64,000 nt of DNA from Eledone cirrhosa (Eukaryota). This document shows, one piece after another, positions 45,753 to 59,194 of the stretch (the first letter of the stretch is position 1; each line of letters starts with the position of its first letter). Location of the stretch: positions 27,280,001 to 27,344,000 of the forward strand of contig OZ024743.1 in the NCBI GenBank assembly GCA_964016885.1. Direction: 5' to 3'. A program made the position numbers and the translations under genes. The notes beneath the pieces were generated by a model, which searched no databases, was not told where the DNA came from, and worked only from the letters and a program-made list of their open reading frames with translations.

Positions 45753-48700
45753 TTAAGCGTTGGTGTGGCTTAAACTTAATACAGTGTATTGAACCATGAT
45801 AAAAAGAAATCTAATCAGCCCACAATATATATTTACACACAATTCTACTGTCACTGGAATATAATTTAAAAGTGTTAACTAGAATATTCCATAGCCAACT
45901 AAATATATCATTGTAGGCGTTGAAAGAATCAGAAGTTTCTTTCTGAATAAAAAAAAAAAGTGTATAGAAATATAATATGTTTGTATTGTAAGATGGTATT
46001 AAAAATATAGCATTAGCCAACTCATATTTATGAATGGAAGAGAACATAAAGTATTTATATTAGATTTCTGGCAAAGTATCGTCTTTTGATTTTTTTTTTT
46101 CAATAACGTAGGCAAATAAATGGCAAGGTTTGGTACAATAAATGAACAAGAAAAGTTCACAGTTTACTAAAGAATACCGTGTATTGTCAAACAAAAAAGG
46201 CTAGGTTTCGATATCTACTCAAGAAAAGCATATATATCACCAAATCTAATTTCCCTTTCCCTGTGAATATAACCTTCGGCGAGAAAAATATTTTCATACA
46301 AAGCAAATAGAATATGACTTTAGAGTGAATGCAGTGAAAAAATAAAGTAACCTTTGTAGATAATTTATTTGAATCAGTATTGCCTTACAGAAAACAAACA
46401 TGACTATCAGAAGTCAATAGGATCGCTCATTAATTGATAAATATTTGTAATTTTCATATTGTTGGCTCCTCGTATACTTATATTGTTGTGATAGTTGGTT
46501 TTAATTAATGTTCTCTGGTATTGCTGTTGAGAAGCAGATGGTAGATTTAGTATTGCAGTATGTTTAGATATATTCTGTATCGTTTACGTTGGTGTGTATT
46601 GGACGTCTTCTTTTCTGTGTATGTTGTCAGATACTTGAGTTTGTGTTTGCACTTTAAATTCACATTTGGACTAAAGATGCTCAACGGCTGGTAATTACTG
46701 ACATCCAAGATTGATGGGGCAGAAGGAGGAAAACATCGTCAAACAGGAGACCTGGTTCAAATGCTTGCAACAGAATATACTATGCTAAATACATGGTTGT
46801 GTTAAACTGAGCAACAGATTACATATACCACTCAAGGAAGCCACAGCGGGGATTTGAACCAAGAACGTAAAGAGCCGGAACAGATACAGCACCATAACGA
46901 GTCCATCACCCCACTCTGAACCAGTACTTATTTTATAGACCCCACCGCACGGAAAGTCAAAGGTAAGTTAGGTGTTGTTTGGACTCAAAACGCACGTTGT
47001 TTTAATCCCACGCTCTAACAACATTACCTTGATCTTTGCATAGGTGAAAATATGATTTTTCCTGCACGCAAGAGGGCTGCTGTATACATGCTTTGATCTT
47101 TTGAACTTTATGAGATCAATATAGTCTACTCAAGCTTGCTTCAATAAGTTGACAATAGGTTTTTCTTAGAAAATTAGTTCGGGCCAGTCAGTCAGTAATA
47201 ATTCACATAATTAAAAACTGCTCTGAATTAAGTTACTTTCCTTTGAACAGGAAAATCAATTTTGTGAAATTCGTTCTTCATATTTTGTCAGTATCTTGTA
47301 TTTTCTTTGATAAACGCTAATCATTTTAGAGGGAAATCTATATTTTGATTGAAATTTTTTGCCTACGTCATTCAGTTTACAAGCCTTTATCTCAATACAT
47401 GCCATTGACTTAGCTGCGATAACTCTTTTTATTTTTCTAATTATGATAAGTAGATGAACAACCAACAAAAGAAAAATAAGAGAAAGAAGTATAAGAAATA
47501 TGAGAAGAAATGCAAATGTAAGAAATGAAACGAGAAGCAGAAAAAAGACAAACTCAATCCCGATCTTCCTGAAAGCGAGATTGCAAAGGATGTGATCGGT
47601 GAATCTAGATAGAGTTAAAACGCTGACGACGTCACTTAAGGTTACTTCCTTTTATTTTTGCTACAAAGAACAAAACTAAAAATGAAAGATTTCTCTTTGT
47701 TGTGACATGAACAAATAACATTTTATATCGATTTTTAAAAATTGTTTTCTTTATTTAGTCCTAGTCTCTGATTGGATAAATCATACAATTTTTATAAGTC
47801 CAAAGCCTCATAAAAATAACAAAATTGAAGTTAGTGAAAGAGAAGAAAGACACCGAAGAGATAATTTATGGTTAAACAAAAATGGTTATATAGAAAATTT
47901 CATGCGTTCTGTGTAAATCAAGTGTCTAACGAGTGGTTTAAATCAATATAATACGCTGAGTATTTAAATATAAAGATGTTAGAATATATAGTAGCAGCTG
48001 CGATATATGATACATGGTATAAAATAACTTTAGTTCTGTGAATAGATAAATTATTATTTTTTGTAGAGTGAGAATTTTATTTCAATATATCAATAAATTA
48101 AATTCAGTGTAACGGAAGCGATATGGAATCAAAGAACATGAAATTAATTGTGAAAATATAATAGGAATTTGAATCGAGAGAAAATGACAATGAAATCAAA
48201 TGTCTGAGGTATAAAAACAAGAATTGAGTAAAGAGATAATGAATATCGCATACAAAAGAATAACGTGATAGATTCGGAACGTAAGTTGAAATTATGGGCA
48301 ATAAAATTCTAGAAATAATGGAACTAGAAATGTTACATTTAACTCCACTACCCATGATCAAATCATGAAATGTACTGAAATCGATTATAAATTAGTGTGA
48401 ATGTTATAACTCGAAAGTTGGTGCATTGGTGAAGTATGTTGTTGGTAATCTCAACATTTCTTTTATAAACATATTTGTTAACTAAATGTTCGGTTTCTTC
48501 TATACAAACCAATATTTATTTTTACTCAAGCAATAACACAAAAAGAATGTATTTCTAATTCAATATATGTTAAACTCTTGTCTAAACTTAGCGAAACAGA
48601 GTGACTTAATATCGATTTAATTTCTCCTTAGTAGTTCTTTTCTTGAATTGGTGTGTGACTGAGGTACAATGCTAAAAAATTATCGAAGAGAGAAATGAGA

Positions 48701-49249
48701 TTATTTGATATTTGTAACTTAGTATCATGGTAAGTCAATTGGCATTAAGACCAAATAGAATCAGAAGTGTGTGACACAAAGCAAACTTCTTGGCGTTCAC
48801 TGATTTACTTATTCTCATTTGGGATGAATGCCATTATTTTAGGCGGAAAAAATTAAAAATTCTGCGCCGTTCATGCATTTTTTAATTGGTTGCATCGTTA
48901 GAGTATCTGATAAAATTCCTTGAACTTTCCCCCTTGTTCTCTATTTGTGAGTTCAAATTCTTCCGAGAGTCACTAAATTCAGTATCAACCAAGTGCTGGA
49001 GCAGATTATTTTTCTTCCTGCATCGTTGTGTCTCTTTCTCTTGGAAGAAGGCCGTTTTGTCGATTCTGGAGAAAGATTAGTTCCACCAAGTTTTTGATAG
49101 CTGAGGCGACACGCCTTCGATACCATTTGTATTAAAGAGCTAAAGGAAGGGGACAGAAAAAATTGAATTTAAATTTAAAAAAATAACTGATCAAAATAGT
49201 AAAAGTTTATTTTATAATGATCTTTATTGTTTCAGCTTTTAAATAACTC

Positions 49250-49610
49250 TTTCTACTTTAGGCACAAGGAAATTTGAAAAGGAGAGGAAAGTCGATTAAA
49301 TCGACCCCAGTCTATTACTGGTGCTTTATTTTATCGACCTCGTAAGGATGAAAGGCAAACCTAACATTGGTGGGATTTGAACACAAAACCCAAAGGGCCA
49401 TAACTCTATGCTACAAAGCATAGTGTATGACGATGTCAGATACTGCCAATACACCGCCCAAGGCCAGAAAATTTGGCATGATGAATGAAGATTATATTGA
49501 TTCCAGTACTTTATTTTATTGAACCCTAGAGAATGACACACGAAGTTGATCTCAGCGAAATTTGAACCCAGAACATAAAAAGCAGTAACAAATATCATTG
49601 GTCTGACGCT
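49250..49610 (-). mobile_element. Two adjacent diverged SINE copies
   Basis: Core and B-box remnants at about 49250-49460 and 49460-49610. Confidence 0.8.
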
Positions 49611-50052
49611 TAAACAGCACTTTCCTGTAAAATACAATATAACAAAATATCATTTGCTAACTTAAAATACCTACTTTTGTAGGGGAGGATATAACTGAAT
49701 TGACCCAGATGTGACAAAAGTACAAGTCAACTACTAATTGCACATCAACTATTGACTCCGACCGTCTTCCCTCTCCAGGTTGCTTTCTCCTCCATAAATA
49801 CTTTAACATTAAGTAGAAAACATTTTAAAGGACATCACTTCATTGTTTCTGCAATCGTAAGTTACCTACTTAAAAAAAGAAAAGATGCATTAAATAAATT
49901 GAATTTAAAAATGGCTAAATCTTTAATGACGGTGCTCCAGCGTACTCTGGGTGATGATAGATATAATAAACTAAAGAGCTAATAAAAGTGGCACTCAGCA
50001 TCACATCAGCTTTCTTGGATAAGAGTTTAATTCACTTAATGTATATAAACTG

Positions 50053-50111
<59 letters not shown>

Positions 50112-50226
50112 CATATATATATATACATATATATATATACATATATATATATACATATATATATATACATATATATATATACATATATATATATACATAT
50201 ATATATATACATATATATATATATAC

Positions 50227-50354
<128 letters not shown>

Positions 50355-50420
50355 TTATATATATATGTATACATACAAATATATATATATATATACTTAT
50401 ATATATATATATGTATACAT

Positions 50421-50477
<57 letters not shown>

Positions 50478-50537
50478 AAAACAATATGGTGTAGGACAGA
50501 ACAAAGGAGAGGCACAAAACAAAGAAAAGAATCCCCA

Positions 50538-50580
50538 GTCACTGACGAGGTCACAGAATGTGTGACGAAAGAACTTTGAC
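50538..50580 (+). ncRNA. Minimal type I hammerhead ribozyme in a TA-flanked element (~50470-50748)
   Basis: gtca-CTGACGA-g gtcaca gaatg tgtgac-GAA-AG aa CT-T-tgac. Confidence 0.82.
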
Positions 50581-50748
50581 AATATATGAACAACCGTCCG
50601 GTTGTGGAACCAACCAACCAACCGGAAATTTATAAATTTTTTTGAAAAAATAAAAAAATATTTATTTTTAAATTTATAATAAATTGGAGTGAAAGCCACT
50701 GGTGCGTCTGTTTCTTATTGGCAACATGACCCTCCCAAAGTATAACAA

Positions 50749-50779
<31 letters not shown>

Positions 50780-50781
<2 letters not shown>

Positions 50782-51109
50782 GTCTGATGGTAGCTAAAAT
50801 CCTTCCATAGGCGGTATGCCGGTTGAGCACTCTATGTTCTTACAGAGCAGAGTATAATATAATAGAAAACGAAAAATCAGTGATGCATCTGAACTCAATT
50901 TATTGTGTGTTTCAATTGTTTCGCCGGGGCACAGCTCGAGACGTGATCTCAGTGAGATAATATGCTCCGAAATCATTAGACGTGTCCGTCGAACCTGAGG
51001 GTCCAGAATCAGACAGATCCACTCAATGATCACGTCTCGAGCTGTCCGCCGGCGAAACAATTGTAACACAATAAATTGAGTTCAGATGTATAACTGATTT
51101 TTCGTTTTC

Positions 51110-51115
<6 letters not shown>
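50780..51115. mobile_element. TA-flanked fold-back element with a degenerate or partial HHR
   Basis: Inverted arms at about 50858-50948 / 51028-51115; GAA-ACaattGT-A-acac-AATAAA at about 51053-51075. Confidence 0.7.
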
Positions 51116-51143
<28 letters not shown>

Positions 51144-51416
51144 TATGTATGTATATATATATATATATGTATACATACATATATATATATATATGATGTA
51201 TGTATGTATATATATATATATATGTATACATACAAATATATATATGTATATATAAGCAGGATGTATGGTAGGACGTATGTGAATCGCGATGATCACGTCT
51301 GACTTACCAAATATGTGACGGTAGCTAGTTAAGCTCTATGTGTATACGCAGAGCAGAAATATTAGTGAAAAAGAACAAAGGAACTATTATGTATATATAT
51401 ATATATATGTATACAT

Positions 51417-51470
<54 letters not shown>

Positions 51471-51538
51471 ACATACAAATATATATATGTATACATACAA
51501 ATATATATATATGTTTATATATATATATATGTATACAT

Positions 51539-51623
<85 letters not shown>

Positions 51624-51689
51624 CATATACTTAAATTAGACAAAGCCATAGATATATATGTTTTTGGCAACCATTCACGATGTGGCTCA

Positions 51690-52110
51690 ATGACGAATTA
51701 ATTAATTAAATAATCAACAATCAGAGCAATATACAAAAAAGTACGTCCATAGAATCATTTGATAAAATATATACAGTATTTCCTCTCCCAATCAGCATAA
51801 TCAACCACACAAAAAAATCAATTAAACAAGGCTATAAGTTTAAAAGGCACCTATGAAGAAACAATAGATAAATAAACGATAGCTATCTATCCGGGATCAA
51901 CAGCCACAGAATATTTACCCAGTATTTCTAATAGCACGTGGAAATCGATTCTTAAATGATCCCTGCCAGAAACGAATTCAAAATGGGTAAGAACTGTGAC
52001 GTGGCTAGTGGTCAAGTCAGAAAGTTTTTTGTGTGGTTGATTATGCTGATTTGGAGAGGAAATACTGTATATATTTTATCAAATGATTCTATGGACGTTC
52101 TTTCTTGTAT
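51690..52110. mobile_element. TA-adjacent fold-back element with ~83-bp arms
   Basis: 51734-51816 is the reverse complement of 52025-52108. Confidence 0.7.
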
Positions 52111-52229
52111 ATATATATATAAAGACACAGAAGCGAAAAGCGAAAACCAACCAAACAGTGAGTGTGTTCTGTTATTAATTCTGGCAATATTACACAAATA
52201 TGACCCTCCCCAAGTATAACAATATATAT

Positions 52230-52675
52230 ACACACACACACACACACACACGTACACCTACACACACTCACCACCTTCAACCCTCCCCGCTCGGACACCC
52301 CGTCTCCCTATCCCCACTCCACCCGCCACCACCCCTACATACCCCACACCCTTCCACCACCTGTTTTACCCCTTTTTAATTTCAGTTTATTTTGATCATG
52401 CTTTTATATTTAATTTTATTTTATTCCTTGTATTTTGATCATGCTTTATTTTTATTTTTATTTTTAATTTCATTCGCACCGTTTCCTTTCGCTATATGTC
52501 TCTCCACCACTCCCCTACACACCCTTTGAACTCTGTTCCCACACACTTCTCACCTGAGGAAGGTCTTATGCCCGAAACGTCGTTCCCCATCACCACCCCA
52601 CTCTCCAGAGCGTGAAATTAATAAACATTCGTTGTACTGCCTCTCTGTTTTGTTCCTGTTCAAATTTTTCCATTA
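52230..52675 (+). mobile_element. PLE-type 3' terminal repeat with a minimal HHR (52552-52583)
   Basis: ac-CTGAGGA-a ggtc ttat gccc-GAA-ACGT-C-gt, then AATAAA; homologous to 62310-62695. Confidence 0.8.
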
Positions 52676-52769
52676 TATATATATATATATATAAATATAT
52701 ACACATGCATATATATATATGTATAAATATATACACATACATATATATATATATATATATACATATAAA

Positions 52770-53040
52770 TCTACCAATCAATGGTAGGGTCTAAACCGTA
52801 TGAAGAACTCAATGTAATCCGTATGTAGAAGATGTCGTGAAGTAAAGTTTAAAATACAAAAATTCAACGATATAATTCATTGGATACAGAGTCAAAAATA
52901 GAAATATTAAAACAATGAAATTAAACACAAAACGGTTAATTCATAGTAAAACTCATTATTTTACGATCGTTTCTGGGGGGTAGTTCCCCGCATCAATTAA
53001 CCGTTTTGTGTTTAATTTCATTGTTTTAATATTTCTCTCT
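52770..53040 (-). mobile_element. Fold-back fragment related to the 1.1-kb HHR family
   Basis: Shares aaaacaatgaaa...tcattattt.acgatcgtttct; arms 52899-52941 / 52995-53036; the HHR 5' side is cut at the junction. Confidence 0.7.
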
Positions 53041-53126
53041 ATATATATAGATATATTGAAAAAAAGATGAAATCGAAAATGCAACTGGAGTCTTATTTAA
53101 AAAAAATATATATATTTATTTGGTTC

Positions 53127-53162
53127 CTTTACCGGTTTCGCAGTTCTTCTGCTTTTCAAAAG
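53127..53162 (-). ncRNA. Minimal hammerhead with a U3-A8 core variant
   Basis: ctt-TTGAAAA-gcag aagaa ctgc-GAA-ACcgGT-A-aag, followed by AATAAA, at the PLE 3' end. Confidence 0.72.
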
Positions 53163-54173
53163 TAGAGTTGACATGGAAGGTCTGTGGTTTTTCTCACATC
53201 TGGTTGGTCTTTGAATATTACTTGTTTTATATGGAAAAAAGTGGCTCGAAACGCCAGGTTTTTAGAGAAGTAATTTGATTGGTTGGTCAATAACTATAAT
53301 AAATTTCGCGCCAGTTCGCGTTACAAAGTTCTTCAAACAAGGGGGGGGGGGGTGTGCTCATGTTGTTTTTTCATATATGAGTGTTTGAATTACTTTTTAC
53401 TTAAAATAGGGGTTCACGAAGGCTTTTTCTAAAAAAAATGTAATCTGATTGGTTATAAATGAAATTATGACTGTCACGCGAACAAGTTCCGCGGCCGTAT
53501 TCTTTATTTTGTAGCCATTTAGAGAATTTTATGACAAGCAAAAGAATGGTCAAGAGAAATGGGATGGGAGAATTGTCTGGTTCTGTGAATATAGCTAGTT
53601 CACTGGGGTGTCATAGTTCAGATTTTCTATTGAAATAAAGAAAGTAGACATATGTATGTTTATTTGTGTGTTTGTGTGTGTGTGTGTGTGTGTATAGGAA
53701 GATGATTCTATTGGTAGAAATGGGGGAGGGAGTTGTGTGTGTGTGTGTATATGGGTGTTATGTGTGTTTGTGTGGGAGTATGTTAAGATGGAGAGAATAT
53801 ATATATTTTGTGTGTGTGTGTAGGAAAGTAATTCTATTAGTAGAAATGGGTGTGTGTGGGAGGGGGCGGGGGGGGCGTTATGTATGTGTATATGGGTGTT
53901 ATGTGTGTGTGTGGGAGTATGGTTAGCATGTTAAGATGAAGAGAATATATATTGTGTGTGTGTGTGTGTAGGAAAATGATTCCGTTAGTAGGAATATTTT
54001 TGAATGAACATATTTTCCTTACTTATTCGTATTTGTTCTGCTGTATTGTCAGCGCAAACGTATGTTAAGGTTAATTTAGTTCGGGTTTTTATTTTCTAAA
54101 GTAGAAGGTGTTATGTGTGCGTGTATGTGTCTGTTTGGATGGTTAGCATGTTATGGTGTTGACATAATGTATA

Positions 54174-56040
54174 TTAAACCATATTTAATGCTGGTCTATA
54201 TTTTTGAATAAATATATTTTCCTTATTTATTCGTATTTGTTCTGTTGTATTTTCAGCGCAAAGGTAAAATGGGAAGACGTGGAATTTTGGTGTCTTATTA
54301 CTTGCGCAAATGTCTAGATGTGCGCTTAGTGGTATCAGTCTCGTGGTTGGATCTCGTAATTGTTGGCGATGAACTGTCATTCTATTTATGAGTGTGAGTT
54401 TAGTTTGTTCTATATAATCTTCATTGCATCCTTTACATTTAATGGCATAAAGTAGATTTTTTGATGAGCAAGTGAAGTGATTTTTTACAGCAAAATTTTG
54501 TCCTGATTTAAATGTATACCTGTTGCCTTCAATGAGGTGAGTGCAGGTTCCACAATTAGAGCGACCACATTTTTTGACAGTTGGTTGTGGGTTTGTGGTA
54601 GGTAAGTTGGCATTGGTGAGTAATGTTTTCAGTGATTTCGGTTGTCTTTTGCTTTTGATTATTTTGTGTGTTTCAAGGGCTTTTTTTCATTCTTGGGTCT
54701 TGTTTCAGTAGTGGGATGTTCTTGTGAATAGTGTTGTAAGCTTCCGCATTTCTTGGGTTGTGTGTTGAGATATATGATAGAATATTGGACGTACCTTGAA
54801 TTTTTTTCTGTTTTCGTAATTCATCAATGCCTATTACTTTAGCCCTTTCTATTCCATTATTTATTAGTAATGGTGGGTACTGTCTTTCGAGTAGAATTTC
54901 CTTTAATTCTTGAAGTCTTTTATTTCGCGTTTCATAATTGGAGACAATTGTGAAAATTCTTCTTGCTAGGTTAAAAGGAATGTTCGTCTTCGTCTGTTTT
55001 GGACGTTTGGAGGTGAATAGCAGGTATTGTTTGGAATCTGTTGGTTTGTAGTGCATGTCAGTTTCAATATTTGTGTCTTTTTTTAAGATTAAGATGTCCA
55101 GAAATGGGAGTTGATCTTGGCTGTGAATTGGATGTGGTTATTGATGCCGTTTATTAAATTTTTGAAATCATTCAGTTGGTCGAGTGTGTGGGGCCAAAGA
55201 ATGAGACAATCATCCAAGTAGCGTTTGCAATTCTCTGATAAATATTTGTGGAAGTTCAATCCGCATTTTGATTTGGACTGTTCATAAATCTGGACTTCTA
55301 AGTATGCCATGACTAAGTTGGCATAAGTCGGAGCGGCTTTTGTACCCATCGCAGTCCCCGATATTTGCTTGTAAGTACTGCCATCGAAATCAAAAAAGCT
55401 GTTCTGTAAGATAAATCGGTGATGAAGCTTTTTTCTATTCTGTCAGGTATCTCATTGCCATATTTCTCTAACCAGAATCCTATTGCTTGTAGTCCGTATT
55501 GGTGTGGAATTGTTATGTAGAGATTCACTACATCAAAAGACACAATAATAGTATCGTTGTTGACATGTTTGGAGAGGTGGTTTAAGAGATCCAGATCGTC
55601 TCTTACAAGGCTTGGTATGTGTTTGAGAATTGGTTTTAGTAATATGTCTATAAAGTTGCTCAGTCTGTGTGTTTCACATTGTGGGCCCGCTACAATTGGT
55701 CTTAATTTAAGGTCTGTGGGGTGTTGTGTGTTCACGCAGGCTGAGGTGGATTGTTTACAGGCATCGTTAATTGTTTTACATTTGTGGATCTTCGGAAGTC
55801 CGTAAGGGTTGCCGGGTTTGTATTCAAAATATGTTAAATAATCGCGTTCCTTTTTAGTTAAGTCTTCCTGGTATCGTCAAATCAGTGTGTTTAATCTGGT
55901 CATTGTTTTTGATTGCTGGTAGTTTTTTACTCTTTCCTAGTAATTAGTATTTTGTAAGAGAGAGCATAGAATTTTTATATTTTTCAGCATCCATAATGAC
56001 AACAGTATTTCCCTTGTCCGCTTCCTTAATTATAATGTCC
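54174..56040 (-). pseudogene. PLE reverse transcriptase / GIY-YIG ORF with several frameshifts
   Basis: ORF track pieces 55313-55735, 55089-55349, 54673-55056 and 54174-54380 are consecutive parts of one protein. Confidence 0.93.
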
Positions 56041-56676
56041 ATATTGGTTTGAACAGAAAGAGGTTAGAGAATTCTGGCCGGATATGGCCGGTCTAAATGC
56101 TAAAGGGTTAAGGTAAATCTCAGAAACTCAGCAGGACGACACAGTGTGTATCAGGGCTGGTCCATTTCACGACAGGTAAAAGCACAATTCATTTACTTGA
56201 TAAACTGCCCAATTTTAAATAATCATTTACCAATGTGGACGAGACATAGTTTAATCATGTAATAGTTTGCCTCGCAATCATATGTTCTCGGGTTCTATCC
56301 CACTTTGGGGTATCTTGGACAAGGGCCATTTACCATAGCCTTGGATTGATCCATGTCATATGAAGGCAAATGGGTTGACGGAAACCGTTTAGAACCCCAC
56401 CAGGTGGACTGCACTAGTAATTCAAAGGGCCAGCCTTCTCTCGCAATGTTTTACGCTGGACCTTCTTGAGAATTATGTTAAGATACACATACCCATGTAT
56501 ACTCAGTCACTTACACGGTAATATCATCAGCTGGTTAACCTGCTGGTCAAACAATTGGAATAATCCTTAACCACACCGATCCAGAAAACCAATATAACGG
56601 GTGATATGTCTACAGAGTGATATTTGTATTCATTTACTCTCGCAGTGAAATTAAGCTCCATTAATAAGTAAATCAA

Positions 56677-56865
56677 GGGCGGTGGATTGGCAGTATCGGT
56701 AGAGGGTCGGACGCCATGCTTTCCAGCATAGTTACGTCCCTTTACGATCTGAGTTCAAATCCCGCCGAGGTTAACTTTGCCTTTCATCCTTACGGGGTCG
56801 ATAAAACAACGTACCAGTTATGTACTGGGTAATTGCTGGCCTTGTGCCAAATGTAGAAACAATTA
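56677..56865 (+). mobile_element. tRNA-derived SINE, near full length
   Basis: gggcggtggattggcagtatcggtagag...gagttcaaatcccgcc...ggccttgtgccaaatgtagaaac. Confidence 0.92.
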
Positions 56866-57044
56866 ATAAGTAAATCAATTGAGTGATTAACATATTGTAT
56901 CTCTCTTCTCTTCTCTTATCCCGTAACTCCTAATAGTGTCGTTGGGGCACCGAATTGACATACGGCGTTTCTAGGGCATTTTAAACCAGGTGGGCCCCAC
57001 ACCCCACCAGGTCTGAGTACAGCAGATTTCTTTCAGAGATAGGA

Positions 57045-57860
<816 letters not shown>

Positions 57861-57877
57861 CAATTATATATATATAT

Positions 57878-58262
57878 ATAAGTATGTATACGTACATACA
57901 TATATGTATACAGACGTACAGTAGTATGTATATATATATACATACATGCACACACATATATATATATATATGTACGTATGGATTCACCGAACATTTATTA
58001 TAATGCTCGGTGTGTTTGTAAACAAACATCACGAATCAAGCCGTACAGTGTCTAGCAACCACCGTTGCTCATTTGTTCAACACTGACAAAGGAACGCTGT
58101 ACTAGTTTCAAGCTTGTTAGCTATCGTCAGCAACGTATACCTTCCTGCCAGATGGTTGAACGTCTGAAAGTATATACTTTCCTTATGCATATTAACGGCT
58201 GAGCAGCCTAATTTGCATATCGAGTGAATCAATACGTACATATATATATATATGTGTGCATG

Positions 58263-58322
<60 letters not shown>

Positions 58323-58428
58323 CATACTACTGTACGTCTGTATACATATATGTATATACGTATACATACTTATATTTAAGTAACAGCCGTAATAAGAGTG
58401 AGAAATGAAATTTCGTTTCATTTTTTCC

Positions 58429-58432
<4 letters not shown>
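57878..58432. mobile_element. Fold-back copy of the 420-bp retrozyme-like unit
   Basis: 57878-58226 is the unit on the minus strand and 58224-58432 on the plus strand; TA flanks. Confidence 0.88.
58094..58136 (-). ncRNA. Canonical minimal type I hammerhead ribozyme
   Basis: acgttg-CTGACGA-t agc taacaa gct t-GAA-ACtaGT-A-cagcgt. Confidence 0.87.
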
Positions 58433-58472
<40 letters not shown>

Positions 58473-58845
58473 GTGGTTACACAACAGTTAGTTCACCATA
58501 CCGAGAACAATTGTTTCACCTTCGCGGATCTTCAGCTCTGGATGTGTATGGTTATAGGAACAGGAAGGACAACCGCACGAACGCGCATGCGCAGAAAACC
58601 GGTCACTTCACACAGGCAATACTAGACTGCGTGCGCGCGGGGGTGGGGGTGGGGGTGTAAGGGAGATAACTGCAAAAGTCCGGAAAGTTTTTGGGTTGAA
58701 AATGAAATAAAAAAATAAAAAATAAAATTACAAAGAATTATTTGTGTGTGTGTGTGTGCGTGTGCGTGTACGTGTGTACATATAGATACGCCCACACACA
58801 CGACTACCTACCTATCTCTCTTTCTACTTCTCTCTCGCTCTCTCT

Positions 58846-58971
<126 letters not shown>

Positions 58972-59135
58972 GTACATACATTCTACTTCTACACACGGAT
59001 ATAGATAAGTAATGAAATAAAAGGATATAAATATTTAGAGAGACAGGTTGATTGACTAAAGGATAAATGGGTGGATGTGAATGGAGAAATGGAGATCGTT
59101 TAATGTATTTATAGATATGCAGATAGAAGGTATCC

Positions 59136-59194
<59 letters not shown>

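Larger units (their letters stand above)
53055..56040 (-). mobile_element. 5'-truncated Penelope-like element (Neptune-like): RT, Zn-knuckle, GIY-YIG, 3' repeat with HHR
   Basis: IIIKEADKGNTVV, YGLPKIHK, LRPIVAGP, SFDVVNLY, MGTKAAPTYANL, RYLDDC, YKPTDSKQYL, KCGRSNCGTC, LLYAIKCKGCNEDYI..RMTVHRQQ. Confidence 0.95.

Noticed and set aside
56677-56865. Possible tRNA genes at A/B-box sites
   Set aside because: No complete cloverleaf is present; they continue into a shared SINE core and tail
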